The position numbers were made by a program, and so were the translations under genes. Below, one piece after another: positions 1 through 8,951 of a DNA stretch of 38,500 nt; position 1 is the first letter of the stretch; each line of letters begins with the position of its first letter. Origin of the DNA: Synergistaceae bacterium. GTDB taxonomy: Bacteria; Synergistota; Synergistia; Synergistales; Synergistaceae. The DNA lies in NCBI GenBank assembly GCA_031549185.1, contig JAVBQG010000054.1, positions 1 through 38,500 of the forward strand, written 5' to 3'. The notes below the pieces were generated by a model that was given only the letters and a program-made list of their open reading frames with translations, searched no databases and had not been told where the DNA came from.

Positions 1-1
1 C

Positions 2-547
2 GCCTTCTCGCGCGAGATCGTAAACGGGTACAATGTCTGCGACTTCGACGTCACGAAGCTGTCGATCCACACGCTGAAGGTCGGCCTGGCGGGCGTCGAG
101 GTCTACGACATCCTGCGCGACGACTACGGCATCCAGATCGAGTTCGGCGACATGGGCAATATGCTCGCCATCGTCTCCGTCGGCGACACGCACTTCATGA
201 TCGAGCGCCTTGTGTCGTCGCTGGCGGAGATCAAGCGCCTGCACAGCAAAGAGGGGCTCGATCTCTGGGATCACGAGTACATCCCGCCGGTCGTGAAACT
301 CTCGCCGCAGGAGGCATTCTATGCAAGGCGCCGCAGCGTCCCGATCCGCGAGAGTGTGGGGCGGATCTCGGCGGAGTTTGTGATGTGCTACCCGCCCGGC
401 ATCCCGATCCTGGCGCCGGGCGAACTGGTGACGGACGAGGCGCTCGGTTACATACTCTACGCGAAGGAAAAAGGAAGCCTCGTGATGGGCCCGCAGGACA
501 TGAATCTGGAGAACCTGGGCATCGTCGAAGGGATAGGGGGAATATAA
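2..547 (+). CDS. speA: Arginine decarboxylase (Orn/Lys/Arg decarboxylase family, Bacillus SpeA type), C-terminal part; 5' truncated by the window edge
   Basis: The reading frame is open from nt 2 with no stop until TAA at 545-547. The C-terminal domain sequence (…CYPPGIPILAPGE…YAKEKG) matches the OKR_DC_1 C-terminal fold. speE and speB follow directly. Confidence 0.8.
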   Translation, partial: AFSREIVNGYNVCDFDVTKLSIHTLKVGLAGVEVYDILRDDYGIQIEFGDMGNMLAIVSVGDTHFMIERLVSSLAEIKRLHSKEGLDLWDHEYIPPVVKLSPQEAFYARRRSVPIRESVGRISAEFVMCYPPGIPILAPGELVTDEALGYILYAKEKGSLVMGPQDMNLENLGIVEGIGGI

Positions 548-549
548 AT

Positions 550-1401
550 ATGGAACTCTGGTACACGGAGCAGCACACGCCGACCGTGCGTTTTTCGATC
601 AAGGTGAAGGAGCAGCTCTACACCGCGCAGAGTCCCTTTCAGCGGATCGACATATTCGACTCGGAGGAGTTCGGGCGCTTTTTCACGCTCGACGGCCTGA
701 TGATGGTGACGGAGAAGGACGAGTTCATCTACCACGACATGATCGTACACGTCCCGATGGCGACGAATCCCGGCATCAAAAAAGTGCTCGTGATCGGCGG
801 CGGCGACGGTGGTACCGTTCGCGAACTTGTTCGTTATAAGTCTGTCGAGAAGATCGACATGGTCGACATCGACGAGCTGGCCGTGCGCGCCTGCATGGAA
901 TACCTGCCGCAGACGTCGTGCAAGCTCGACGACCCGCGCGTGACGCTCTACTTCGAGGACGGCCTCAAGTTCATCCGCCGTTTCGAGAACGACTACGACC
1001 TGATCATCGTCGACTCGACCGACCCCTTCGGGCCGGGCGAGGGGCTCTTCACACGGGAATTCTACGGCAACTGCTTCAAGGCTCTCTCGGCGGACGGCGT
1101 TCTCGTCAACCAGCACGAGAACCCCTATTACGAGTCGTACGCGAGCTCGATGCACCGGGCGCACCAGCGGATACGGGATTTCTTCCCGATCTGCCGCGTC
1201 TATCAGGCGCACATCCCGACGTATCCGTCAGGGCACTGGCTCTTCGGTTTCGCCTCCAAGAAGTACGACCCGATCCGCGATCTCGACGCCGCGAAGTGGA
1301 ACGCCCTCGGCCTCGATACGCGCTATTACAACACGGACCTGCATACGGGGGCCTTTATGCTGCCCACCTACGTGCGAAAATCGCTGGAGGCGGTGAGCTG
1401 A
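550..1401 (+). CDS. speE: Spermidine synthase (polyamine aminopropyltransferase)
   Basis: ATG at 550 lies 3 nt after the speA stop. N-terminus MELWYTE…, the GGGDGG SAM-binding motif and DSTDPFGP are typical SpeE features. 283 aa. Confidence 0.9.
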   Translation: MELWYTEQHTPTVRFSIKVKEQLYTAQSPFQRIDIFDSEEFGRFFTLDGLMMVTEKDEFIYHDMIVHVPMATNPGIKKVLVIGGGDGGTVRELVRYKSVEKIDMVDIDELAVRACMEYLPQTSCKLDDPRVTLYFEDGLKFIRRFENDYDLIIVDSTDPFGPGEGLFTREFYGNCFKALSADGVLVNQHENPYYESYASSMHRAHQRIRDFFPICRVYQAHIPTYPSGHWLFGFASKKYDPIRDLDAAKWNALGLDTRYYNTDLHTGAFMLPTYVRKSLEAVS

Positions 1402-1402
1402 G

Positions 1403-2254
1403 ATGGCCGACATACAGCCGAATGTGCAGACGTTTATCGGCTGCGCCGCGCCCTACGAAGAGGCGCGCACGGTGATCTTCGGCGCGCCGTTCGACTCCAC
1501 CACCTCTTACAGGCCGGGGTCGCGTTTTGCGAGCTCGGCCGTACGCTCGGAGTCGTTCGCGATCGAGACATGGAGTCCCTACCAGGAGGCGGACCTCACC
1601 GAGAGATGGGTCTTCGATGCGGGAGACCTCGATCTCCCTTTCGGGAATCCCATGCACGCGGTCGACGCGATTGAGAAATTCGTCCGCCAGTTGCTGATGG
1701 ATGGCAAGAAACCCTGCATGATCGGCGGAGAACATCTGGTGACGCTGGGCGCCGTCTGTGCCGTCGCCTCGCGCTACCCGGACCTGCACGTACTGCACTT
1801 CGACGCGCACGCCGACCTGCGCGACGACTATATGGGCGAAAAGCTGTCGCATGCGACAGTGTTGCGCCGCGTCTGGGACGTCCTCGGCGACGACCGGATC
1901 TTCCAGTTCGGCATTCGCTCCGGTTGCCGCGAGGAGATGGCGTGGTCGGTCCAGCACGTTTGGACGGAGATGTTCACCTGCAAGGGCGTCGATCGTGCGG
2001 CGGGCCGCATCGGCAGCGCCCCCGTCTACATCACGCTCGATCTGGACGTGCTCGACCCGTCGGAGTTCCCTGGCACCGGCACGCCGGAGGCGGGCGGCGT
2101 GTCGTTCAGCGACCTGTTGACGGCGCTTCTCGAGGCGCGGAGCCTCAACGTCGTCGGTTTCGACATCTGCGAACTTTCCCCGCATTACGACGCCTCGGGC
2201 GTCTCCACCGCGCTTGCCTGCAAGGTTTTGCGCGAGATGCTGCTGGCATATTAA
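1403..2254 (+). CDS. speB: Agmatinase (arginase/ureohydrolase family)
   Basis: ATG at 1403 lies 2 nt after the speE stop. Arginase-family Mn-binding motifs GGEH, DAHAD and SLDLDVLDP are present. 283 aa. Confidence 0.9.
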   Translation: MADIQPNVQTFIGCAAPYEEARTVIFGAPFDSTTSYRPGSRFASSAVRSESFAIETWSPYQEADLTERWVFDAGDLDLPFGNPMHAVDAIEKFVRQLLMDGKKPCMIGGEHLVTLGAVCAVASRYPDLHVLHFDAHADLRDDYMGEKLSHATVLRRVWDVLGDDRIFQFGIRSGCREEMAWSVQHVWTEMFTCKGVDRAAGRIGSAPVYITLDLDVLDPSEFPGTGTPEAGGVSFSDLLTALLEARSLNVVGFDICELSPHYDASGVSTALACKVLREMLLAY

Positions 2255-2301
2255 CGAAACGCGGGTTACAATATGGTCAAACCGCCCGTGGGGGTGCTCT
2301 T

Positions 2302-3108
2302 TTGAACGAACTTCGTGTCTGCATGTTGCAATTCAATATCGTGGAGGGCGATCGTGGCGCGAATATCGCGAAAGCGCGGGCGATGCTGGCGGAAGTGGCG
2401 CGCGAAGACGCGCCTGACATCTTCATCCTGCCCGAACTCTGGACGACGCCTTTCGACCCCGAGAAATTGCCGGCGGGAGCCTTCTCCTGCGAGGGGAGCG
2501 AGGAGGCGGTCGCCATGATTCGCGAGGCCTGCGAACGGCTCGGCGCGCATTCCGTGGCCGGCAGCCTGCCCTGGCCCGTTCCGGAGGGCGTCGCGGTTCG
2601 AAGCTGGCTCGTCGACGATTGCGGAACGTGCGTGGATTACTACGACAAGGCGCATCTCTTCTCTCCCAGCGGCGAGAAGGATACGTTTGCGGCGGGCAGC
2701 AGACCGCTCTTCTTCGATCTCGGCGGTTTCAAGTGTTCGCTCGCGACGTGCTACGACATCCGCTTTCCTGAATATATCCGTTCGCTCGCCCTCGGCGGCG
2801 CGGAGGTTCTCTTCGTAAACGCCGACTGGCCGGCCTGTCACGAGGAGCGGTGGAGGATTCTGCTGCGTGCACAGGCGCTGAGCAATCAATTTTACGTCGT
2901 GGGGTGCAACTGCACGGGGCAGACGGGAGGCCTTGACTTCTGCGGGAGATCGATGGTCGTCTCGCCCTGGGGCGACATCGTTGCGGAGGCAGGGGCGGGA
3001 GAGGAAATACTCTTCGCGACCCTGCACCTTTCGGAAGTCCGCAAATGCCGCCGGAACATCCCTCTCTCGCGCGACCGGCGGCCGGAGCTGTACGGTCTGC
3101 TCTGTTGA
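2302..3108 (+). CDS. Carbon-nitrogen hydrolase family protein (nitrilase superfamily amidohydrolase; possible N-carbamoylputrescine amidohydrolase-like enzyme)
   Basis: CN-hydrolase signature …ILPELW…, the catalytic Cys in ATCYDIRFPE, and a Glu/Lys context. The start is taken as TTG 2302 after a GGGGTG RBS; ATG 2326 is the alternative. The long upstream extension of track ORF 1924..3108 is only open frame. It shares an operon with speAEB. Confidence 0.8.
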   Translation: MNELRVCMLQFNIVEGDRGANIAKARAMLAEVAREDAPDIFILPELWTTPFDPEKLPAGAFSCEGSEEAVAMIREACERLGAHSVAGSLPWPVPEGVAVRSWLVDDCGTCVDYYDKAHLFSPSGEKDTFAAGSRPLFFDLGGFKCSLATCYDIRFPEYIRSLALGGAEVLFVNADWPACHEERWRILLRAQALSNQFYVVGCNCTGQTGGLDFCGRSMVVSPWGDIVAEAGAGEEILFATLHLSEVRKCRRNIPLSRDRRPELYGLLC

Positions 3109-3148
3109 TACCAGTGAATTTCCGTGCACGTGACGCCTTTGTGGGACT

Positions 3149-3177
3149 GCGCCGTACCAGTACGGCGCAATTTTTTT
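3149..3177 (+). terminator. Rho-independent terminator of the polyamine/CN-hydrolase operon
   Basis: GCGCCGTA-CCAG-TACGGCGC hairpin (8 bp GC-rich stem) followed by AATTTTTTT, immediately after the CDS stop. Confidence 0.6.
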
Positions 3178-3377
3178 ACGCTCGCCTTATTCCCTGCTTT
3201 CTAGATAATTTTAGAAATAGGACTTCCGACTCATTTTTACCATATAAATAGGAAAAATGAGCCGGGACTGTTTCACAATTTTAGTTGATGGTGTAATGTT
3301 TTAATCTCATCAACCGATACTTTTTCTGTGTAGATTCTAGATATTATGTAAAATAGTCGGGGAGTGTTTATGAAGCG

Positions 3378-4382
3378 ATGGTAGTTGACAATTTTTCCAC
3401 ATCTACCTTGAAAGACGACGGCGACGTCAGTCTTATTCTGAATGCGATACTCGATCAGTCTCCCGCCGGGATTGTCGTCATCGATCCGCAGGGTGCGATC
3501 CTGATGGTCAATCGTGCGGCGCGGGAAATGTTCGATTACGACGAAAATCTGCACGGGATGGAGACCTGGGAGGAATTGTGCGAGGGCAAGGAACTGCGTT
3601 CGTTTGACAGTTCGTCGATCAACGTGGAGAGCGACCCGCTCTTTGTCGCCCTGCGGCGCAACAAACGCGTCACCAAGAGGATGCAGATCGTCACGCTGGG
3701 CACGGGGCAGGAGCGATGGGTATCCGTGACAGCATTTCCCGTCTCGGACAAGGAAGGCCGGATCGTCGCAAGCGCCGCCACGTTTCTCGACATCACGGAT
3801 TTCAAGGGGATGCAGGACGTCCTCTATCACCAGGCGACGCACGACCCGCTCACCGGACTCTCGAACCGGGCGCTCTTTTCCGCCAACCTCGTCAAGGCTC
3901 TGGCGAGGGTAAAACGCAGCAAAGCCGGCGGGGCGATCATGGCGATCGACCTGGACAATTTCAAGAAAGTGAACGACACGATGGGACACGCCGCGGGCGA
4001 CGAGCTGCTGATCAAGGTGGCGGACCGCCTCACGGGGGAGGTGCGCGAGACGGATGTCGTGGCGCGTATCGGCGGCGACGAGTTCAATATCCTGCTGCAG
4101 GATATCGAAGGCGAGGATAACGCGTCGGTCACGGGACAGATCGCGCACCGAATCTGCGACGCGCTGTCACGTCCGTTCTCCATCTGGGGGCAGAACGTGC
4201 GGATCACGTCCAGCATCGGCATCAGCCTCTTCCCTGCGAACGGAACGGATGAGGAGACGTTGCTTGCCCGTGCGGACATGGCGATGTATCAGGTCAAGGA
4301 GCAGGGTAGAAACGGTTGGAAGTTCTGGCAGGAATCGGTACAGGAGAGCAGTAATATTATTTCGCTCGAAAATATCTCGTGA
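3378..4382 (+). CDS. PAS sensor domain-containing diguanylate cyclase (GGDEF)
   Basis: The N-terminus is PAS-like (…GIVVIDPQGAILMVNRAAREMF…). The C-terminus has the GGDEF motif (RIGGDEFNILL) with an RETD (RxxD) I-site 5 residues upstream. It is preceded by about 260 bp of AT-rich DNA. Confidence 0.85.
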   Translation: MVVDNFSTSTLKDDGDVSLILNAILDQSPAGIVVIDPQGAILMVNRAAREMFDYDENLHGMETWEELCEGKELRSFDSSSINVESDPLFVALRRNKRVTKRMQIVTLGTGQERWVSVTAFPVSDKEGRIVASAATFLDITDFKGMQDVLYHQATHDPLTGLSNRALFSANLVKALARVKRSKAGGAIMAIDLDNFKKVNDTMGHAAGDELLIKVADRLTGEVRETDVVARIGGDEFNILLQDIEGEDNASVTGQIAHRICDALSRPFSIWGQNVRITSSIGISLFPANGTDEETLLARADMAMYQVKEQGRNGWKFWQESVQESSNIISLENIS

Positions 4383-4400
4383 TCAGCAGGCCACTGACGA

Positions 4401-6098
4401 TCAATCCGTTTTCCTGAAATATCCGATCAACTTTTCCCCGATCCTCGGAGCGTCGAGCGCTTCGAGGGATTTTTTTATGTCCTCCTGCGACGCGTAAGGC
4501 CTCCCCGCTGTCAGCCTCTCCGCTCTTGCCTTGCCGATGCCGGGCAGGGCCGACAACTCCGTGCGGCTGCAGGTGTTGATGTCGAGCGGATGGACGATGC
4601 CCGTGAGCGAACGGGAACCGCGATCGGTGATCATCACATCGAGTTTTTCGCCGACCTCCCGCTCCGGCGAGACGATCCCGACCAGCGGCGGATAGCTGCC
4701 GAGCTGTCTGCCGAAGAGGAGGTTCCCGCTCCGTTCCTCCGCGATGACCCCCCGCAGCAGGGTTCCGTCGGGCGCCACCCGCGCGAGCATGGCGGGGTCG
4801 GCCTCCGCGCGAACCCACTCCTTCCAGCGACGATACTCCCGTTCCTTCACGCGCGAGGGGTTTTCGCGGAGCAGGCCCTCCAGACGCGAACCGGGGAACA
4901 CCATTGCCCGCCGGATGTTGATGCGCCGCACGGCGAGGTTTTCATCCAGCAGCGTCCGCAGGAATTTTTCGTTCCAGACGAGGCTCTCCTTGGAGTCGCT
5001 CGCGAGGCCGACGATGAAGTTGAGTCCCGGCAGCAGGGAGGGGAGGGCGTTCGGGGTTTTACGGATAAAACCGACCTCGTTAATCAGGCGGACGGCGGAG
5101 ACTGCCTCCTCCAGAGAAACTTTGAGGCCATTTAACGAATAGACGCCCGGATCCATGCATTCGATACCGAGCGACAGGCCGTCGCCCTCGGTGTTGTGGC
5201 GGACGATGGCCTCCAGGCAGCCGTATGACTCGTCGGGAAAGTTCGCGATCGTCAGGGGGTTGCAGTTGTCCGTGTGCAGCACGGAGAGGTCTGGCGCAGC
5301 GGTGCGGATACTCGCGTAGAGCTCCTCCATGCGCACAGGGTTCGGACGGATGCCCTTGTTCGTCGGCTGGCCGCCCCAGGCGAGGATGTTGGCGCACCGA
5401 CCCAGCCGGAAGGCGCGAACGCCGCACGAGGCAAGCGTACGCACTTCAGACGCGATGCCCGCAGCGGAGCGCTCTTCATAGAGGGCGCTCGCTCCCTCCG
5501 TGCAGAAGCTGCATCGTCCGTCTATGCGGTCGCAGCCGCGCGAGAGCTCCATCTCGGCAATGATGTCCGGGTACATGGGGTGCTGCCGCACGATCTCCGC
5601 TCCCAGCGGCGCGATCTCGTCGAGCTGCCGGTAATTTCTTCTCGCGTCGCTCCGCCATTCGCCGCTTCTCAAAAAAATATCAAGCGACGCCTCGGGGTCG
5701 CCGGTGGCGAGAAAGTCGACGCCCTCCGGCAAAATTTTGACGGCGTGCGTGCCGCCGCGCAGCGTATACCCGGCGTGCACGGGGCCTGCCAGAATCAGTT
5801 GCCCGCCGCGCGGGGAGCGGGCGATCGTCTCGAGTTCGCGCAGCGTGAGGGGCGAGCCGCCGCGATAACGCCCCGGCACGGTGAGCCCCATCACGACGAA
5901 GACGATGTCCGACGAGCGGAGAAGTTCTTTTCGCTCCTCCTCGGAGGACGTACGCCATACGTCACACGTCCGGTACGTCGCGGCATATCCGTGCGCGCAA
6001 AGTACGCCCGCCGCGTAGCGCACGTACGGCGAGATATACGGAGGCACCCCGAAGCATGCGGGTTCGTCCACGTAACCGTCTATGATCAGGGCGTTCAT
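4401..6098 (-). CDS. Radical SAM superfamily protein with C-terminal helix-hairpin-helix motif (COG1031-like)
   Basis: Cys cluster …RGCDRIDGRCSFCTEG…, a long alpha/beta core, and a C-terminal HhH (LSALPGIGKARAERL). The start is chosen at ATG 6098 (MNALIIDGY…); the track ORF begins at an upstream TTG at 6119. Confidence 0.75.
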   Translation of the reverse strand: MNALIIDGYVDEPACFGVPPYISPYVRYAAGVLCAHGYAATYRTCDVWRTSSEEERKELLRSSDIVFVVMGLTVPGRYRGGSPLTLRELETIARSPRGGQLILAGPVHAGYTLRGGTHAVKILPEGVDFLATGDPEASLDIFLRSGEWRSDARRNYRQLDEIAPLGAEIVRQHPMYPDIIAEMELSRGCDRIDGRCSFCTEGASALYEERSAAGIASEVRTLASCGVRAFRLGRCANILAWGGQPTNKGIRPNPVRMEELYASIRTAAPDLSVLHTDNCNPLTIANFPDESYGCLEAIVRHNTEGDGLSLGIECMDPGVYSLNGLKVSLEEAVSAVRLINEVGFIRKTPNALPSLLPGLNFIVGLASDSKESLVWNEKFLRTLLDENLAVRRINIRRAMVFPGSRLEGLLRENPSRVKEREYRRWKEWVRAEADPAMLARVAPDGTLLRGVIAEERSGNLLFGRQLGSYPPLVGIVSPEREVGEKLDVMITDRGSRSLTGIVHPLDINTCSRTELSALPGIGKARAERLTAGRPYASQEDIKKSLEALDAPRIGEKLIGYFRKTD

Positions 6099-6183
6099 CC
6101 CGGTCTTCGTCCCATGCAAGCACTTCTTTCTTATGATAGAATATCCTGCGACAAAAAAATTTTTGGCGAGGAAGGTGGCACAT

Positions 6184-6930
6184 ATGGCGCAATTTTATCG
6201 CGATCCCGCGAAGATTGCCACGTTTTTGGAGAAGTGGATCAAAGACGCTTTCGCGAAAAGCGGCGCGAAGGGAGCGGCACTCGGCCTTTCGGGCGGCGTG
6301 GATTCCGCGGCGCTCGCCGCGCTGTTGCGCCGTATCTGTTCGAAGGACGACCTGCTCGCCGTCATCATGCCCTGCCACAGCATGCCGGTCGACGAGGAGC
6401 ACGCGCGGCTCGTCGCAGGCGCTCTCGACATTCCCGTGAAAAAAATCGATCTGACGGAGGCCTTCGACTGTTGCGTGGCGGCGATGGAGGCGAGCGCGGG
6501 CGCGCTTTCGCCCATCGCTCGGGCCAACATCAAGCCGCGCCTGCGCATGACGACGCTCTACGCGGTGGCGCAGAGCCGCAATTTTCTCGTCTGCGGCGGC
6601 GGCAACAAGGACGAATTGACCTACGGCTACTTCACGAAACACGGCGACTCCGGCGTCGACCTGCTGCCGTTCGGCGACCTGCTCAAGGGCGAGGTCTTCG
6701 CGCTGGCGAAATACCTCGGCGTGCCGGACGCGATCGTCGATAAACCGCCGACCGCCGGCCTCTGGGAGGGGCAGACGGACGAGTCCGAGATGGGCGTGAG
6801 CTACGCCGACCTCGATTGTTTCATCGCGACGGGCGGGGGAGACGCCGCCGTCTGCGAGCGGATCGAAAAAGCGCGCGAAAGGTCGGAACACAAGCGCAAC
6901 ATGCCACCGATCGCTTCGGTTCCCCGATGA
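6184..6930 (+). CDS. nadE: NH3-dependent NAD+ synthetase
   Basis: PP-loop SGGVDSA, typical length (249 aa), and GAGGAAGG RBS before ATG 6184. Upstream in-frame sequence in track ORF 6082.. has no RBS. Confidence 0.9.
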   Translation: MAQFYRDPAKIATFLEKWIKDAFAKSGAKGAALGLSGGVDSAALAALLRRICSKDDLLAVIMPCHSMPVDEEHARLVAGALDIPVKKIDLTEAFDCCVAAMEASAGALSPIARANIKPRLRMTTLYAVAQSRNFLVCGGGNKDELTYGYFTKHGDSGVDLLPFGDLLKGEVFALAKYLGVPDAIVDKPPTAGLWEGQTDESEMGVSYADLDCFIATGGGDAAVCERIEKARERSEHKRNMPPIASVPR

Positions 6931-6994
6931 ACAACAGACGAATAGAGGCGCGGGGGCTGCCTCCGCCAACGCCGGATATATTCGAGTCGTTGTA

Positions 6995-7045
6995 GGGACG
7001 GCCACTGGCCGTCCGCGGACGCGCAATGCGCGTCCCTACGGGTGC
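6995..7045. repeat. Composite REP-like palindromic element, copy 1: GTAG-[GGACGGCC act GGCCGTCC]-gc-[GGACGCGC aat GCGCGTCC]-CTAC
   Basis: Two tandem perfect 8-bp-stem hairpins enclosed by a GTAG/CTAC outer stem. The 3' module GGACGCGCAATGCGCGTCCCTACGG is repeated identically at 10362-10386. Confidence 0.5.
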
Positions 7046-7083
7046 AGCGTTATATTGTGATTACGTATATGAGGTGAATCGAT

Positions 7084-7833
7084 ATGTCAGGACATTCGAA
7101 ATGGGCGAATATAAAGCATCGTAAGGCGGCGCAGGACGCGAAGAAGGGCGTCGCATACCAGCGGCTGACGAAGAACATCATCGCGGCGGCGAAGGCGGGC
7201 GGGGGCGATCCCAACGCCAACTTCCAGCTCAAGGTCGCGATCGACCGTGCGCGCGAGGGCAACGTGCCGATGGACAACATCGAGCGCGCGGTCAAGCGCG
7301 GCAGCGGCAACCTCGAGGGCGTGACCTACGAGGACATCACGTACGAGGGATACGGCCCCGGCGGCGTCGCCGTCATGGTCGAGGTCAGCACGGACAACCG
7401 CAATCGCACGGCGCCGGAGATGCGCGTGCTCTTCACGAAGACCGGCGGCGCCATCGGCGAGGTCGGCTGTGTGGCGTGGAACTTCGAGCGCAAGGGCGTC
7501 ATCACCGTGGCGGGCAAGGGCGTCGACGAGGACGAGCTGCTCGGCGTGGCCATCGACGCGGGCGCGGAGGACATGACGCACGAGGAAGAGGATTACGAGA
7601 TCACCTGCGAACCCTCGGTGCTCTCGGACGTGGCGTCGGCCATTCGCGACGCGGGCTACGTGGTCAGCGGCGCGGAGACGACGCTGGAGCCGAAGAACAC
7701 CGTCGAGGTGAAGAAGAAGGAAGAGGCCGCCAAGCTGATGGCGATGATCGAGCGCTTCGAGGAGCACGACGACGTACAGAACGTCTACTCGAACTTCGAC
7801 ATCCCGGACGAAATTCTGGCACAGCTGGACTAA
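7084..7833 (+). CDS. yebC: YebC/PmpR family DNA-binding transcriptional regulator
   Basis: MSGHSKWANIKHRKAAQDAKKG… is the canonical N-terminus. 249 aa, GAGGTG RBS. It sits upstream of ruvCAB, as is common. Confidence 0.9.
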   Translation: MSGHSKWANIKHRKAAQDAKKGVAYQRLTKNIIAAAKAGGGDPNANFQLKVAIDRAREGNVPMDNIERAVKRGSGNLEGVTYEDITYEGYGPGGVAVMVEVSTDNRNRTAPEMRVLFTKTGGAIGEVGCVAWNFERKGVITVAGKGVDEDELLGVAIDAGAEDMTHEEEDYEITCEPSVLSDVASAIRDAGYVVSGAETTLEPKNTVEVKKKEEAAKLMAMIERFEEHDDVQNVYSNFDIPDEILAQLD

Positions 7834-7845
7834 AGGGCGCTATTC

Positions 7846-8346
7846 TTGATCTGCTTCGGGATCGATCCGGGGCTCGGCCTGCTGGGCTACGGGGTGGTGC
7901 GGCAGGAGGGCGATATGCTGCAGGCTCTCGACTACGGGGCTATCGCGACCGAGCCGGGGGATCCGATCTCGAAGCGCCTGCACGATCTGTACGGCGCGCT
8001 GCGGGCGAAGATCGCCGAGCACAGGCCGGACGTGATTGCCGTCGAGCGCCTCTACTTCGGGCGCAACGTCACGACGGCGGAGATGGTCTACCAGGCGCGC
8101 GGCGTGATCATGCTGACGGCGGCGGAGTTCGGTTTCGTGCCGTACGAGCCGAAGCCGGCCGAGGTGAAGATGGCGGTCTGCGGTAACGGCGCGGCCGAGA
8201 AGTCGCAGGTGCAGGGCATGGTGCGCTATCTGTTGAATTTGAAGGAAATTCCACGCCCCGACGATGCGGCGGACGCGCTGGCGATCGCGGTCACGGGGCT
8301 TTCGCTGGCGATATACGAACGAGGGAACGGCAGGGGACTGCAATGA
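7846..8346 (+). CDS. ruvC: Crossover junction endodeoxyribonuclease RuvC
   Basis: TTG start. The N-terminus (M)ICFGIDPGLG… and catalytic Asp/Glu context match RuvC. 166 aa. Confidence 0.85.
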   Translation: MICFGIDPGLGLLGYGVVRQEGDMLQALDYGAIATEPGDPISKRLHDLYGALRAKIAEHRPDVIAVERLYFGRNVTTAEMVYQARGVIMLTAAEFGFVPYEPKPAEVKMAVCGNGAAEKSQVQGMVRYLLNLKEIPRPDDAADALAIAVTGLSLAIYERGNGRGLQ

Positions 8347-8951
8347 TACGGATGTTATCGGGAACCGTCCTGTCCGTGGACGCGGACAGCATATGCCTCG
8401 ACGTGGCGGGCTTCGGCCTGGAGGTCTTCGCCTCCGGCAGCCTGCTCGCCGCGGCGCGCCCGAACGAGTTTCTCACCTGCCAGGCCTGGCTGCAGGTGAG
8501 CGACGCAGGCATGGCGCTCTTCGGCTTCTCGGACGACGCCGAGCGTGCGCTCTTTCTGGAGATCACGCAGGTCAAGACGATGGGCGGCAAGCTCTCGATC
8601 GCGCTCCTGCGGCATCTGGACGTGGAGACGATCGTCTCGGCCATCCTGGCGGAGGACTCCTCGCGCCTGGCCGTGCCGGGGCTCGGCCCCAAACGGGCCG
8701 AGCGCATCTGTTTCGAGCTGCGCTCGAAGGTGGAGAAGAAATTCGCCGCCCTCGTGAGCGCCGTCCCTGTCTCGGGGAAGCGCGGATCGATGGACGCGGA
8801 GGTCGTATCCGGTCTCGTCGGCCTCGGTTTCTCGCAGAGCGAGGCCGTGCACGCGGTCTCGGCCTGCCGCGCCGAGGACAGATCGTGGAGCGAGGAGGAG
8901 CTGATGAAATCCTCCCTCGCGAAGCTGCAGCGCGGAGCGGCGGGTAGATGA
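8343..8951 (+). CDS. ruvA: Holliday junction DNA helicase subunit RuvA
   Basis: ATGA overlap with ruvC. The N-terminus has an OB fold, HhH motifs ([14 protein letters not shown]) and a C-terminal domain. 202 aa. Confidence 0.85.
   Translation: MIRMLSGTVLSVDADSICLDVAGFGLEVFASGSLLAAARPNEFLTCQAWLQVSDAGMALFGFSDDAERALFLEITQVKTMGGKLSIALLRHLDVETIVSAILAEDSSRLAVPGLGPKRAERICFELRSKVEKKFAALVSAVPVSGKRGSMDAEVVSGLVGLGFSQSEAVHAVSACRAEDRSWSEEELMKSSLAKLQRGAAGR

Noticed and set aside
457-1212. Long antisense or alternate-frame ORFs from the track, all overlapping well-supported genes: 457..1212(-), 1355..2185(-), 2266..3129(-), 3273..4148(-), 5274..6743(+), 5962..7026(-), 8291..9541(-), 10282..11145(+), 11694..13109(-), 15232..16797(-), 15699..17192(+), 18693..19817(+), 19768..22656(+), 23010..24428(-), 24416..26026(+), 26741..28756(-), 29731..31041(-), 31756..34155(-), 35718..37139(-).
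   Set aside because: These are shadow ORFs typical of 65% GC DNA, where stop codons are rare off-frame. Their products are Arg/Ala/Pro-rich low-complexity sequence with no recognisable domains. Each one sits opposite a gene with clear homology and RBS support.
1924-2301. N-terminal extension of the CN-hydrolase ORF (track ORF 1924..3108, 394 aa).
   Set aside because: The extension overlaps speB in another frame, has Arg/Gly-rich junk composition, and the conserved CN-hydrolase N-terminus begins at about 2302-2326. It is an open-frame artefact.
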